NCBI GenBank assembly: GCA_964016885.1
Contig: OZ024747.1
Coordinates: 61,256,001-61,320,000, forward strand
Source: Eledone cirrhosa
Lineage: Eukaryota
Length of the DNA stretch: 64,000 nucleotides
Reading direction: 5' to 3'
A program made the translations under genes and the position numbers. Positions 49,603 through 62,766 of the stretch are shown one piece after another. Numbering within the stretch: the first letter of the stretch is position 1; each line of letters opens with the position of its first letter. The notes under the pieces were generated by a model that was not told the origin of the DNA, made no database searches, and was given only the letters and a program-made list of their open reading frames with translations.

Positions 49603-52600
49603 GATTTCTTTGTTGGCCACAAGGGCTGACATCAAGAAAAACATTACAGACGGCACATGACGGTACAGGACGGTACGATGTGGGTTTTGTGCGTGTAAAT
49701 ATTTTTATTATTTATATAAGAAAAGAAAAAAAAGGACATAGAAACATATATATAAACAATAAAAATGAAAATTGAAACAATAGGGGGGAAACCTCCGAGG
49801 GTTACTCGTGGCGAAAACCACACAAAAGACCACGGCCACCCTGACCACCAGGGCAAGCGCCCTCTCTCAATTTTTCCATCTCTCAAACTACAGACGTATA
49901 TTCAGAGCGGTCCCGCTCACTCGGACCATTCTCGCTACATTCACCCACCTTTCAACAAACTTGCTAGAAGGCAGCACTTGCCTCTCCACCCTGATTTTCC
50001 TCTTCAAGTGAAACTTGAAAAAGTTAATTAGGGATTCGCTGAAGAGGAAAATGTCTGTCTTTAACCCTTTTAACCTTGTCCACCACACAATCTCTTTCGC
50101 CATGGCCACCAGGCAGATGAAAACTGCCTGCCCTTCCTCCTCGAAGGAAGACGGTGAAACGATCTGCACAATGGACTCAGTCGACAACCGGATCAATCCT
50201 ACACATGACAGCAACTGTTCGACATAGCTCCACAAGTCAGCAATGCTCAGGCACTGAACGATTGCATGCACGACAGTTTCGTCGCTCTACGCGCATCTCG
50301 GACAGGCTCGGCTGACGGCACTTCCGTGCCTGTAGAGCTTATTCTCGAACTGGCAGCGCTCCCCGGTAGCCCTGCCAGGCCAGGGATTTTTGGAAGTTAT
50401 CCATAGGCCCCGGGCTGAAAGTTCTCCGGAAGAGAGCAAACAGCTGATCTTCTTTGACGCCCAGGATTTCTCCGAGAATGTAGTCGCTCTTCCCCTCCAC
50501 TAGTCCTCTATAGAACGCCGAGGTGGATGTTCCACCGATACTGGTGCCCAGCTGACAGAGAGCAGTGAGCGCCTTGAGACATTCCAGTTTCCAAGCGCTA
50601 TCCCTCGGTCTTTTTCTGATCCAAGACTGCAGCTCCATCAAGGAGACGAGCTGTGGGAAAACATGCCTGGCGAACGGCGACCACACCTGTTCACCATCAA
50701 GGAAGCACCAGAGATGTCGCAGCCTCAGCGCATGTTTGCGCATCATCAGCCATGGCATGACCAGTCCTCCAACGGGTGTTGACAGCAGATGGATCGTCTG
50801 ACCACGGGAGCGCGTCCCTTCCACAAAAAGCGGAAGAGGAGGCGCTCCATTTTGGTGAGAGTTGGGCTGGAGCAAGGGACGACGGTGAGGCAGTAGCAGA
50901 TGACGGATGCAATTTACGCATTCGCCACCTCCGCCCGGCCTTTCAGGGACAGCTTTCTCTCGGCCCATTTCTGGGTGAGGGAGGCCACCCTGCTCGTCAC
51001 CTCATTCCAGTTTTGCTCCATCTGGAGGTCTGGTCCGAACCAGACCCCGAGCAATTTAATTGGTCCGTCCGTCCAACGCCCCACGACGCTGTCGGACAGC
51101 ATGGACTTGCTTTTCCAGGTGCCGAGCTGCAAGCCCACCGACTTTTTCTGGTTTATCTTTGCTCCTGTCACCTCTTCGTATTCTTTGAGCGCGGTGCCGA
51201 GCATCTGGACGTGTCTGGTGCTCGACACCACCACTGTGACGGATTTCCCGCATCCTAGTTTGCGTGGGACGCCCCTCATCGCCCCAAGTTTGTGCAGTAA
51301 CGGCTCGAGAGCCAATACGTACAAGAGGGACGAGAGGGGACAACCCTGGCGGACTGAGCGCATGATGCTGAATGGCTGCGACAGGTGACCGTTCACCCTC
51401 ACAACTGAGCAGATGTCGCTGTACATTGCTGCGATCCAACCCTTGAAAATGGGCCCGAAACCGGCTGCCTCGAGGACCGCACCAGATACCGATGGTCGAC
51501 CCTATCGAATGCTTTGGATTGATCCAAGTTGATCAGGGCCCACCCGTGCCAGGTTCCTTAACCACCCTCTCAATGATGTATCGCATGAGGTGGAGGTTGT
51601 CGTGTATGGATCCGTCCGGAATGGCGCATGTATGCGCCCCTCCCACCAGACCCTTGACGACAAGCGCCAACCTCATTGCTAACACCTTGGCCAAAATCTT
51701 GCACTCTGCGTTTAGCAGGGTTATGGGCCTGAAATTATCGATAACATCCCCCTTGTTCGGGTCTTTTCTCAGCAGCGCCACCGCTCCCCGGCTCACAAAA
51801 CTGGGAATGCTTCCGTTCTGCTGCCAGTTGCAGTAGATGTCTGCCAAGAGGTCACCGAACAAGTCTGGCATAAATGCATAAAGATCGTAGGGCAGACCAT
51901 ACAAACCTGGCGATTTACCCCTTGTGCAGTTAGCCATCGCTTCCCATATTTCACAGGCTGTTATTGGCTTTTCGCAACACTGTGCTGCGATCGTCGAGAG
52001 CCGAGGAAGTCCGTTGAGGTATGCACTGAAGTTCATTCCCTGATCCGGGCCACCGCCGCTCCTGAACAGTTCAGCAAAGTGCTGCTGAAAAGCTTCACAC
52101 ATCCGCTCGCGTTCAAGCATCACGCACCCGTTTTGGTCAGACAAAGACCGAATTGTGGCTTTGTTGCCACGTCGCGCCTCTGCCACCCGGGCCCATTGGA
52201 CGGCTTTTGTCCCCTCGTGTTTCAGAGCACGCGCTCTAGCTCTGACAACGCAGCATTCGTGTTTTGCGTTGAAGAATTGGTCGAGTGCCAATCTCGCCGC
52301 AAGCACGTCGGTTGCGATGCCTGTCCTAAACGCCTCTTCTAGCTTTCTGACTAGCTCTCCCTCTACTCTATTTTCCTCTATCACTACTCCTTTGCTAAAC
52401 CTAATCGACTCTACTTTAATTGCCCTTTTCAGGGCGAACCACCACCTGTTGTTGACGACCGCTCCCGTCAACGCCCGCTTAACTAATACGCTTATCCAGT
52501 CTCTGTAGGCTTTGCGCGCCGGGAAAGACGCGTTCAGCTTCCAGTAACCAGGCCCTTGTCTATGTTGATCTCACAGATCACAAATTTGTGGTCTGTGTAG

Positions 52601-53283
52601 TCGACTATTTTAAATTGTGGACAACTTATCTAGTTCTTTGCAGAATACCCTATCAAGATACGATCTGGATGACCCGATGCGGTTTGTCCATGTCCACATT
52701 GGCACATTCGGGTGATCCAGTCGATACCTGTCAGACAGTTCAAAACGTCTGAGCAGGTTGGTGAGGCTCTTGCACCCTCCTCCCCTATCCACTAGCCCCA
52801 CACAATCCCAGCATGCATCCAAGATACCGTTCCAGTCGCCCACTAACACTAAAGAGCGGGACGTTCCAAGAAAGGTCTCTAGACGTCTGAAGAAATCTCG
52901 CCGTCCTGCCCCTGTTGGGGCGTAGACGGCTACTAGCCTGAAAGCATTGCCTTCGCTGCCAGTCACGTCCAGCACCACCGACTTACCTTCTGGGTCTAGG
53001 AAGATGGCCCGTATTGCGAGATCCAAGCCCCTCCAAAAAAGGACGGCAACCTCTCCCCCCGATCCTGGACGGCTGGGAGATGTGTATACATCGTAGCCGC
53101 CGAAGATCGGTGCAAAGGCTTGTGCTTCGGAGATTCTGGTTTCACTGATGGCCACCACATCTATGTTTAGTGACCTGAGGTCGTTGAGCAGGTGACCCTG
53201 CTACCAAGATGACCCCAGGCCACGTGCATTTATGCTGCCTATTCTGAGTATGGCCATGTTGGATGAGAAACGGGGCAAGTGAG
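49603..53283 (-). mobile_element. Tx1/L1-clade retrotransposon, near-complete but disrupted ORF2 (53257-49888), no ORF1
   Basis: APE domain; RT motifs KSPG..GLP, NFRPITLLN, DQSKAFDRVDH, VRQGCPLS, KINQKKS, KLLGVWF; Cys-rich C-terminus; several stops and frameshifts; (TTA)n tail. Confidence 0.94.
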
Positions 53284-53452
53284 AATTGTTTCTACTTTTG
53301 GCAGAAGGCCAGCAATTATCCGAGTGTATTACTGGTACTTTATTTTATTGACCCCGTAAGGATGAAAGGCAAAGTTAACCTCAGACCATAAAGGGCCGTA
53401 ACTCTCTGCTGCAAAGCATGGCGTCAGACCCTCTACCGATACTGCCAATCCA
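53284..53452 (-). mobile_element. Family 1 SINE abutting the Tx1 5' end
   Basis: Same core as 4887-5078; its (TTA)n tail is missing at the junction. Confidence 0.88.
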
Positions 53453-54104
53453 CATGAATGAATATTACATAATTTATGTACTAAATTTCATAACATAAAT
53501 AATTTAAAATTGACTTCTTTTCAAAGTTGCACTTCCGGTATATCATCGCCACCACCACCACCACTTCAACAAACGATACATATAGAGAGAGTGTGTGATG
53601 AGAGAGATAGAGAGATTATGACTTTCTACATGCTGACGCGTATGAGTGTGCACATACATACATCTATATGTATGAGTATATAACTATAATCGTGCAAACA
53701 CAAACTTATAAAAATACACCTTCACAGAAATACACATACATTCACACAAATACACATACATTCACACAAACATACATACATTCACACATACATTTACACA
53801 AACACACACATAGTCATGATAGCAGCGTTCGGTGAAATTAGAAATGGGAGGGTAAAACAAGTATAACGTTTTAATATATTTATTAACTCTTTTTTTTAAA
53901 ACTCATTTAATATAATTGTTACAGAACGAAAACACTAACAAATATTATACAAAAGAAAGGGAAAGGAAAAAAAGAAAGAAAAAATACACACATCTTAGTT
54001 CATAGAAAAATATGCAGGCAAAAGAGTGGTAAAATGAGACGCTACCAGAGCAAAAGATAGCAATATAGCGAGGAGCACTGGGAAACCTCTCTAATAATTT
54101 TTGA

Positions 54105-54530
54105 GTCAGGCCAGCACGCTTGCAGCGTTACCTGGGGGTGATGGTGAGGCTGAGGTGCTGGAATAACCAAGTGCCCTCACGAGCATCAGTTACCTGTGTG
54201 GCGAGCCGCCAGTGAAGATAAGAACCTCGCTGTCAGTAGCCCGACTCCCTCAAACGTCTCGAACGCCACAGGCTGGATAATGTATTTATCTGACAGAACA
54301 CGGTATTTTAGGGTTTTGTTCCATTCAGCTGCGGATGCTGTAGCTCTCGCCCTTACCTCTGCATCCAGAATGTGGAAAGAAGCAAAAGAGTCACTAACTG
54401 TGACGTCCCAGGTAAGGCTCCTGCCTGCCTCTTGACCAAGAGCACAGAGTGAGACTGTCAAGTTTCTCATCAATTCAGGACAACCCAGACGGTTCCAAAA
54501 TTGAGGAGATGTTTGCCCGGGCCAAAGTTC
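54105..54530 (-). mobile_element. CRE-clade non-LTR retrotransposon, restriction-like endonuclease remnant
   Basis: LEPSGL...GRSLTWDVTVSDS.A...AAE..K..KY..L...Y...P+A+ET...WLFQHLS....GNAA pattern typical of CRE elements. Confidence 0.82.
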
Positions 54531-54689
54531 TTGAGTGGTAATAGGACAGTGTGTGTATGTGTGCGTGCGTGAGTTTGTCGGCGTTCTTAAATTAGAGACA
54601 CGTGTGTGTGTGTGTGTGTCACTGTTTTTGAGTTAGAGATGTGTGTATCCCTTTCCTTCCTTTCACACAAACACATACATTCACACATT

Positions 54690-55150
54690 GCATGATGGAC
54701 GGGTGGACAGAAGTCCCTTGAATTTATATACATGTGAATGGAGTTCTACTGAAGCAGTTAGAGAAGTTCAAGAATCTTGGAGCCGTGTTCATGAGTGATG
54801 GAATGCAGGGGGGTAAATTAAGTGCAAGAATTACAAAAGCTGATGCAGTAATGTGCCAGCCTCAGCATTCAGCAATCAGAAGAAGGGGGTAGGTGTAAAA
54901 GCCAAACTCACTGTCTTCCTGGTATTCCTGCCAACTCTTACCGAGGATCATGAATCTTGAGTAATGACCAAAATAATACAATTGCAAATAAAAGTGGCAG
55001 AAATGGGATCCTCCGAAGGGTCTTTGGAGTAAAGTTACTCGATAAAGTGCATAACTCAGAGACCAGAGTCACTCCTGGTAGAGCCGCTACTTCTCCGAAT
55101 TGAGAGATCACAACTCCGATATTATGAGCATGTGGTTAGAATGTAAAGAA
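54690..55150 (+). mobile_element. Decayed RTE-clade (Expander-like) LINE fragment
   Basis: LKQLEKFKNLGAVFMSDG...KAKL...EPLLLRIERSQLRYYEHVVRM. Confidence 0.85.
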
Positions 55151-55164
55151 TCGCTAGACACATA

Positions 55165-56770
55165 ATAAATAATTATTGTGGGTCAAGTTGTGGTTAAAAT
55201 GGTAGGTAAAATAATTATTGTGGGTAAACGGGTAGGTAAAATAAATATTGTAGATAAAATGATTATTGTGTGTAAAATGGTGGGTAAAATAATTATTGTG
55301 GGTAAAGTGGTAGGTAAAATAAATATTGTGGGTTATTGATTATTGTGTGTAGTGGTATGTAAAATAATTATTGTGGGCAAAGATGTGGGTAAAATGATTA
55401 TTGAAGGTAATAATTATTATTGTGGGTAAATAATTATTGTGGGTAAAGTGATGGATAAAATGATTATTGTGGGTAAAAGCGTGGGTAAAATGGTAGGTAA
55501 ATAATTATTGTGGATAAAATGGTAGGTAAAATGATTATTGTGGGTAAAATAGTGGGTAAAATAATTATTGTGGGTAAAATGTGGGTAAAATAATTATTGT
55601 GGGAAAATGATTATCGTGGGTAAAGTGGTGGGTAAAATGATTGTTGTGGGTAGTGGTAAGTAATAATTATTTATGTGGGTACATGGTGGGTAAATAATTA
55701 TTGTGGGTAAAATGGTGGGTAAAATGATTATTGTGGGTAAATTTATGTGGGTAAAAGATTTGTGGGTAAAATGGTAGGTAAAATAATTATTGTGGGTAAG
55801 ACGGTAGGTAAAATGATTATTGTGGGTAAAGGGTGGGTAAAATAATTATTGTGGGTAAAAGGTGGGTAAAATAATTATTGTGGGAAAATGATTGTGGGTA
55901 AAGTGGTGGGTAAAATGATTATTGTGGGTAAAAAGGTGGGTAAAATAATTATTGTGGGTAAAATGGTGGGTAAAATAATTATTGTGGGTAAAACGGTGGG
56001 TAAAATAATTATTGTGGGTAAATTGGTGGGTAAAATAATTATTGTGGGTAAATTGGTGGGTAAAATAATTATTGTGGGTAAAATGGTGGGTAAGACGGTG
56101 GGTAAAATAATTATTGTGGGTAATATGGTGGGTAAAATAATTATTGTGGGTAAATTGGTGGGTAAAATAATTATTGTGGGTAAAATGGTGGGTAAAATAA
56201 TTATTGTGGGTAAAATGGTGGGTAAAATAATTATTGTGGGTAAAACGGTGGGTAAAATAATTATTGTGGGTAAATTGGTGGGTAAAATAATTATTGTGGG
56301 TAAAATAATTATTGTGGGTAAAATGGTGGGTAAAATAATTATTGTGGGTAAAACGGTGGGTAAAATAATTATTGTGGGTAATATGGTGGGTAAAATAATT
56401 ATTGTGGGTAAATTGGTGGGTAAAATAATTATTGTGGGTAAAATGGTGGGTAAAATAATTATTGTGGGTAAAACGGTGGGTAAAATAATTATTGTGGGTA
56501 AAATGGTGGGTAAAATAATTATTGTGGGTAAAATGGTGGGTAAAATAATTATTGTGGGTAAAACGGTGGGTAAAATAATTATTGTGGGTAAATTGGTGGG
56601 TAAAATAATAATTGTGGGTAAAACGGTGGGTAAATTAATTATTGCGGGTAAAATTGTGGGTAAAATAATTATTGTGGGTAAAACGGTGGGTAAAATAATT
56701 ATTGCGGGTAAAGTTGTGGGAGAATGATTATTGTGGGTAATGTGGTAGGTAAATATTTATTGTAGGTAAA
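55165..56770. repeat. 30-bp minisatellite (~50 units)
   Basis: Unit GTGGGTAAAATAATTATTGTGGGTAAAATG, built from 18-bp and 12-bp subunits. Confidence 0.96.
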
Positions 56771-57146
56771 AAACGCCCCCCCCCCCAAATAAAAAACAGA
56801 CCCCCAAATAAAAAACGGGCGTTGTTCATTGATCAAACCATCCCTGGTCTTCACCTCTACACGAAGCGCCCAAACCCAATAGAGCTTGGCAACCCAGCAG
56901 GGATTATGACTGTCTTAACAAAAGTACCTCACCCTACTGCTCCTCCATTCAGTTCAGTTAGCAGGGTGCTCGATTTTCTCCAAAATCTACCTCAACCGAG
57001 GTTATCATCAATTACCTGTACTAGATAATATGTAAATACAATTTAATACAAAAAGAAAAAAGAAAATTTAGATTAAGAAGAAAGAATGGAATGTAAAATA
57101 AAATATTTAAAAAAACGGAAAAAGAAAGATATGGCAAGAGCTCTAG

Positions 57147-57556
57147 TAATAATTGTTTCTACTTTAGGCACAAGGCCAGCAATTACCCAGTGCATTACTG
57201 GTACTTTATTTTATCGACCCCGTAAGGATGAAAGGCAAAGTCAACCTCGGCGGGATTTGAACTCAGATCGTAAAGGGACGTAACTATGCTGGAAAGCATG
57301 GCGTCCGACCCTCTACCGATACTGCCAATCCACCGCCTTGCCAATCCACCGCCTAAGAGCTCTAGTAATAATAATAATTGTTTCTACTTTTGGCACAAGG
57401 CCAGCAATTATCCCAGTGTATTACTGGTACTTTATTTTATCAACCCCGTAAGGATGAAAGGCAAAGTTAACCTCGGCGGGATGTGAACTCAGACCATAAA
57501 GGGCCGTAACTCTTTGCTGCAAAGCATGGCGTCTGACCCTCTACCGATATTGCCAA
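57147..57556 (-). mobile_element. Two tandem family 1 SINEs; the first is young with a TSD
   Basis: AAGAGCTCTAGTAATAAT occurs at ~57136 and ~57355, flanking the first copy. Confidence 0.9.
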
Positions 57557-58193
57557 ATAATAATATATATACTGACTGATTAGATTGAAAGACACAGACA
57601 GACAGACCATGAGAAGAAGAACTGGACAACTAGATGGACAGAATATATGAGAAAAAGAGAGGGAGAGATTGACAGATATATAAAGAAAGGGATAGATAGA
57701 TTTGAGAGAGGGGGGGGGGCAGAGAGAGATAGGGACAGAAAGAGAGAGAGGAAGGAAGAAATAAAGGAATGGGGAAACCAAATAAGGGAAGAAATGGATA
57801 GAGAGAGAGAGAATGAGGGAAGGATCTACAGACTGATGGTCAGTTAGAATTTACCAAAATATTGATTTCCAGTTACTTTGGTTTTACGAGGATATTGTTG
57901 TCTATATACAGGAAGGTAAAACCCCATTCTTACCAAATACAAGTCAACACCACTAAGCATTATGGTTGGGATTTTACCTTCCTTTTCACCTACTCTGCTT
58001 CTTCCCATGCTTAGAGTACTACCCTGATTTGTGGTCTTTCTAGTCTTGGCACCAGACTTTACATATGTCTCTCTCTCACTCCCTCTCTGTTTCTCTCTCT
58101 CACTCCCTCTCTGTTTCTCCCTCTTCTTCTCACTCTCACTATCGAGGGTAAACACAGTAAGTAAGGTACTCGATACATTAGTCGAGTATAAAG

Positions 58194-58333
58194 ATCATGT
58201 TTAATATAGAAATGGCTTCTACAGGACTAGAACTGTTTCATTCAAAAGAAATCATCAGGAAAGCTTTCCTGATGATTTCTTTTGAATGAAACAGTTCTAG
58301 TCCTGAAGAAGCCATTTCTATATTAAACATGAT
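58194..58333. repeat. 140-bp palindrome with no loop (family C)
   Basis: Centre AAG|CTT at 58263/58264; one mismatch between arms; homologous to 20870-20980. Confidence 0.96.
58214..58264 (-). ncRNA. Hammerhead ribozyme motif (family C, left arm)
   Basis: GCTTTC-CTGATGA-TTTC(TTTT)GAAT-GAAA-CAG-TTCTAGTC-CTG-TA|GAAGCC; the mirror copy on + has GTA>GAA at the cleavage triplet. Confidence 0.66.
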
Positions 58334-58885
58334 ATATATATATGAGTAAGACAGAGTCACCTGACCCAACTTACCTTAAATGGGACAACCCGTCTAACCC
58401 ATGCTAGCGTGGAAAATGGATGATAAACGCTGATGATGATGATGATATATATTTATTTTTGGGATGAAGCTTATTGAATAGAATGGACACACCTTCAGTC
58501 GTTTCTTTACTCACTCAATTATCTAATTAAGTCCAAATTATTAAAATTCAGACTCAACCAATTAGATTGGACACATGCGTTAATCAGTGAGGAAGACCAC
58601 TTTGTGTGGTTAGGAAAATTAAAATATATATATATATATATGAGAAATCACATGGCTAAGTGGTTAGTGTGTTAAGCTTATGATCATAGAGTCATGAGTT
58701 CGATTCCCAGTGGTGCATTGTGTCCTTGAGCAAGACACTTTATTACATATTGCTCCAGTTCACTCAGTTGGCAAAAGTGAGTTGTACCTGTAAGGATGTC
58801 AGTGGAATGACACTTGTTATCAGAATCAATAATATATTTCCTTCATTGTACTGTGTCATTTGCTTTATTATTTATGTTTACCTTT

Positions 58886-58927
<42 letters not shown>

Positions 58928-58930
<3 letters not shown>

Positions 58931-59155
58931 CCAAGAGATGTCAGCATGAATGGACCTGTAATTTTTATCTAAAGTCATTTTTTCCAATTTCTCCCTGCCC
59001 GTCCCTTCAATCTATCTTATTTCTCATTTTTTCTTCTGATGAAGGACTAGCATCTGAAACATTAAGATCCTCTTCCTGCTATATCAAGCATTAACCTAAT
59101 ATATTCCTTCCATATACTGTACCGATTGTGTTGTTATTTCTGTTTACCTTCTCCA
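58928..59155 (+). mobile_element. PLE-like pseudo-LTR (family D) with HHR variant at 59032-59067
   Basis: TCTT-CTGATGA-AGGACTAGCATCT-GAAA-CA-TT|AAGA; (TA)n on both sides. Confidence 0.72.
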
Positions 59156-59254
59156 TATATATATATATATATACATACATACACACATATTGACATACTT
59201 ATTCAGATATATGTGTATATGAATGTTTATATAGATTAGACATCTACCCAGTAA

Positions 59255-59497
59255 TGTCTGTTTCTGCTGCACCTGCTCCCTTAAACATTTTGTTTTGCCA
59301 GATTGGTTGATCCGAGCGTAGTGAACCCCAGCTGCTGTGTTTGATGTTGAGGTTTTTGAGGAACAATTTCAAATTGTTTTTGCAGTGTTTTTTCTGTCCA
59401 CTAACTAAGCACTTGCCTTGGCTCAGCTCTCCATACAGTAGCTGTCCAGTGTGTGTGTGTGTGTATGGCTCAGCTCTCCATACAGTAGCTGTCCAGT
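59255..59497 (-). mobile_element. RTE-clade ORF C-terminal remnant
   Basis: QLLYGELSQGKCLVSGQKKHCKNNLKLFLKNLNI....W..L..D...W; the QLLYGELS segment is duplicated around a (CA)n. Confidence 0.75.
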
Positions 59498-59905
59498 ATG
59501 TGTGTGTGTGTGTATATATACAGACTGAACAAAAAAAATGGTGTAGACATACAACACAACAGGAGGAACAATGAATATAACACCACTGACGATGTTGCAG
59601 ATGTGCAACGAAAGGTTTATGTAAATTATGTAAACTATATATATGTGTTTGTGTCTATATTGTATCTGTATTATTTTTGACCGCCGGTCAGTCAATGGCA
59701 ACATTGAGGACCGAGTAAGTTAGATCGCAGATATATATATATAAAAGACAGCGAGAAGCGAAAACCAACCAAACAGTGAGTGTGTTCTGTTATTAATTCT
59801 GGCAATATTACGCAAATATGACCCTCCCCAAATATAACAATATATATATATATATATATATATAAGAGAGTATTGAAGTTTGCTTGAAGCATTGTGGAAT
59901 AATAA

Positions 59906-60267
59906 ATAAATATCTTTAAGTCGTTTGGAAGCCTCGACAATGCAAAGATATTCAAAACAACAAACAGCGGAGGACGCGTTTCGCACCTGTCCGACAGACA
60001 ACCTTTACCCCGGAAAAAAACCCCAGTTGATGGATGTGAATCCGAAATATATAGGGACTATTAAATCTCGCCCAAGGTAACTCCCTCTTGTGTTGTTATT
60101 TTTATTTTATCCTTTATACTCTTCCCTTCTTTCTTCTACACATTTACACATCTTTACACACCACGTATCTCAACGTACACCCACTTACATCTCTCTCTCC
60201 ACCACCGGATCTTGTTACCCGGAGATTTACCCATTTGCATTGTCGAGGCTTCCAAACGACTTAAAGA

Positions 60268-60274
<7 letters not shown>
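59906..60274. mobile_element. Element bounded by perfect 41-bp inverted repeats, with HHR-like relics inside
   Basis: ATAAATATCTTTAAGTCGTTTGGAAGCCTCGACAATGCAAA at 59906-59946 and its exact reverse complement at 60234-60274. Confidence 0.7.
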
Positions 60275-60310
<36 letters not shown>

Positions 60311-60879
60311 TCATCACCGTTTAACGTCCATTTTTCTACACTAGCGTGGGTTAGATGGGTCATGTGACCATGTCTTGTTCACACACAGAACTGTTTCTGG
60401 CTTGGTTTCTATGCTTGCATGTCCTTCCTAACGCCAACCACATTTACAGTGTGTGCAAGGTGCTTTTTGTTGTGACACCTACACGACCACTTCACAGAGG
60501 GGGCTGGATGCTTTTTGTCATGACACCTACATGACCATTTTACAACATGGGCTGGGTGCTTTTTGTTGAGACATCTACACGACCACTTCACAGAGGGGGG
60601 GCTGGATGCTTTTTGTTGAGACACCTACACGACCATTTTATAGTGTAGGCTGGAGTCTTCACTGGACATCTACTACAGTCTGTCCTGTTGAGATGTGTAT
60701 GGGTGTATGGGAGGGGTGGAGAAACACACACAGACATATGTATAGACAAATGTATAGACATGTTTACATACACTGTATGTGAGGGTGTATATATTCATAT
60801 ATATAAATCAAAATGTGTACATATTTAAAGCTACATAAGCTGAAATACACACACACAAACATAGAAGTATATATTCAGT

Positions 60880-61182
60880 TATATATATATATACACACAT
60901 ATACATATATATATTATATATATATATATATATACATATATATACATATACATATATATATATGTATATGTATATATATGTATATGTATATATATGTATA
61001 TATGTATATATGTATATATACATATATATATATATACATACATATATATATATACATATACATACATATACATATATATATATGTATATGTATATATATA
61101 TATGTATATGTATATATGTATATATCTATATATACATATACATGTATATGTATATATACACACACACATATATATATATGCG
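60880..61182. repeat. (TA)n/(TATATG)n microsatellite
   Basis: Read directly. Confidence 0.93.
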
Positions 61183-61572
61183 TGTATAATGTGTACTTAT
61201 AAATCTACAATGACAACATTTTCTTCAACTGCCATTGTTTTTATCGGGATAGCCATTTCACTAAAACACTCCGCAAATGCATTAACTTTTTTTTATTGGT
61301 AAACCATCAATAAAAGCTATAGAACATCACACACATATACACACAGAGGTACACACACACACAAGCATACACACACAAGTATACACACATAGACAGGTAC
61401 ATACATATACATTGTCTGTCCATCTTTACTATTTCTGTTTTAAGGAGGTCTTTTGGGGGTATTTCCATTTATTTGTTCACATCCGCAATAATAACTTCAG
61501 ATTCTACAACAATTATATGCCATTACAATGAGAAATCATAACAATTCTTTGATAAAATGATATGTATATATG

Positions 61573-61631
<59 letters not shown>

Positions 61632-62095
61632 TGCCCCCTCATTATCGAGTATGACCATTGCACGATATACCATTATTAATAATAATTAATTAATTCTATC
61701 GTGCAATGCCTGTGCGTGAAGATATTTTTTAAAGTGAGGAAAGACTGTGCACTGAGCCAATCCCACTCTCTGAGTGACAGTAGCTATAACCCGAAAAGAA
61801 GAAAAGATCAACATCATCGGTAACTACTGAGCCGCAGGTTTTATATCGGAGTTATCCCAGTTTCCTGAGTTGCCTTCTCCTAGAAGAATGCCATGAGAAA
61901 GGCTAGGGGTCCTTCACTCCCAGTTGTTTAACCGCGTGATCGGGTGTCCAGCCCGACTATTTCTATGTCCCCCGCGCATATACATACACATGCACCCATG
62001 CATATACACATATACACACACATGTACATGTGTATATACCTATTTACACACTTTTGGATGTCCGTTGACCCTTATGAGTTCTTCCGCACTCTGTT

Positions 62096-62127
<32 letters not shown>

Positions 62128-62545
62128 TGTGTATATAAACACCACTTGTTTAGATATTATCAATATTATTATTACTATTACATGGTTTGGAAGCATTGTT
62201 AGAGCGTTGAACAAAATGTTTTGCATCATTTGCACCAAGAGTAGAACCAGTAGTGTCGAACTACATGCTTAGCAGCATAGAGTTATGACCCTTTACGTTC
62301 TGACTTCAAATCCCGCCAAGGTTAGCTTTGCTTTTCATCCTCACAGGGTCGATAAAATAAAGTACCAGTAATGTACTTGGGTTGATTTAACCGACTTTCC
62401 CTTTCGCTCAAAATTGTTGGTCTTGTGACTAAATCAGAAACCATTATTTGCTGTGACTCTTTATATTATTTTCCATTTTATATAAAATCAATTACCAGTA
62501 ATGCACTGGAGTTGATTTAATTGACTTCCCCTCCCCCAAAATTGT

Positions 62546-62766
62546 TGGCTTTGTGCCTAAATCATTGGATTGGCAGTATCGGTAGAGGGTCGGACGCCAT
62601 GCTTTGCAGCATAGAGTTATGGCCTTTTACGTTCTGAGTTCAAATCCTGCCGAGGTTAACTTTGCCTTTCATCCTTACGGGGTCGATAAAATAAAGTACC
62701 AGTAATGCACTCGGATAATTGCTGGCCTTGTGCCAAAAGTAGAAACAATTATTATTATTATTATTG
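62546..62766 (+). mobile_element. Full-length family 1 SINE
   Basis: TGGCAGTATCGG ... GAGTTCAAATCC ... Nin-like core ... (TTA)n. Confidence 0.9.

Noticed and set aside
55888-56727. 279-aa VGKIII repeat ORF
   Set aside because: Translation of the 30-bp minisatellite; adjacent units are frameshifted
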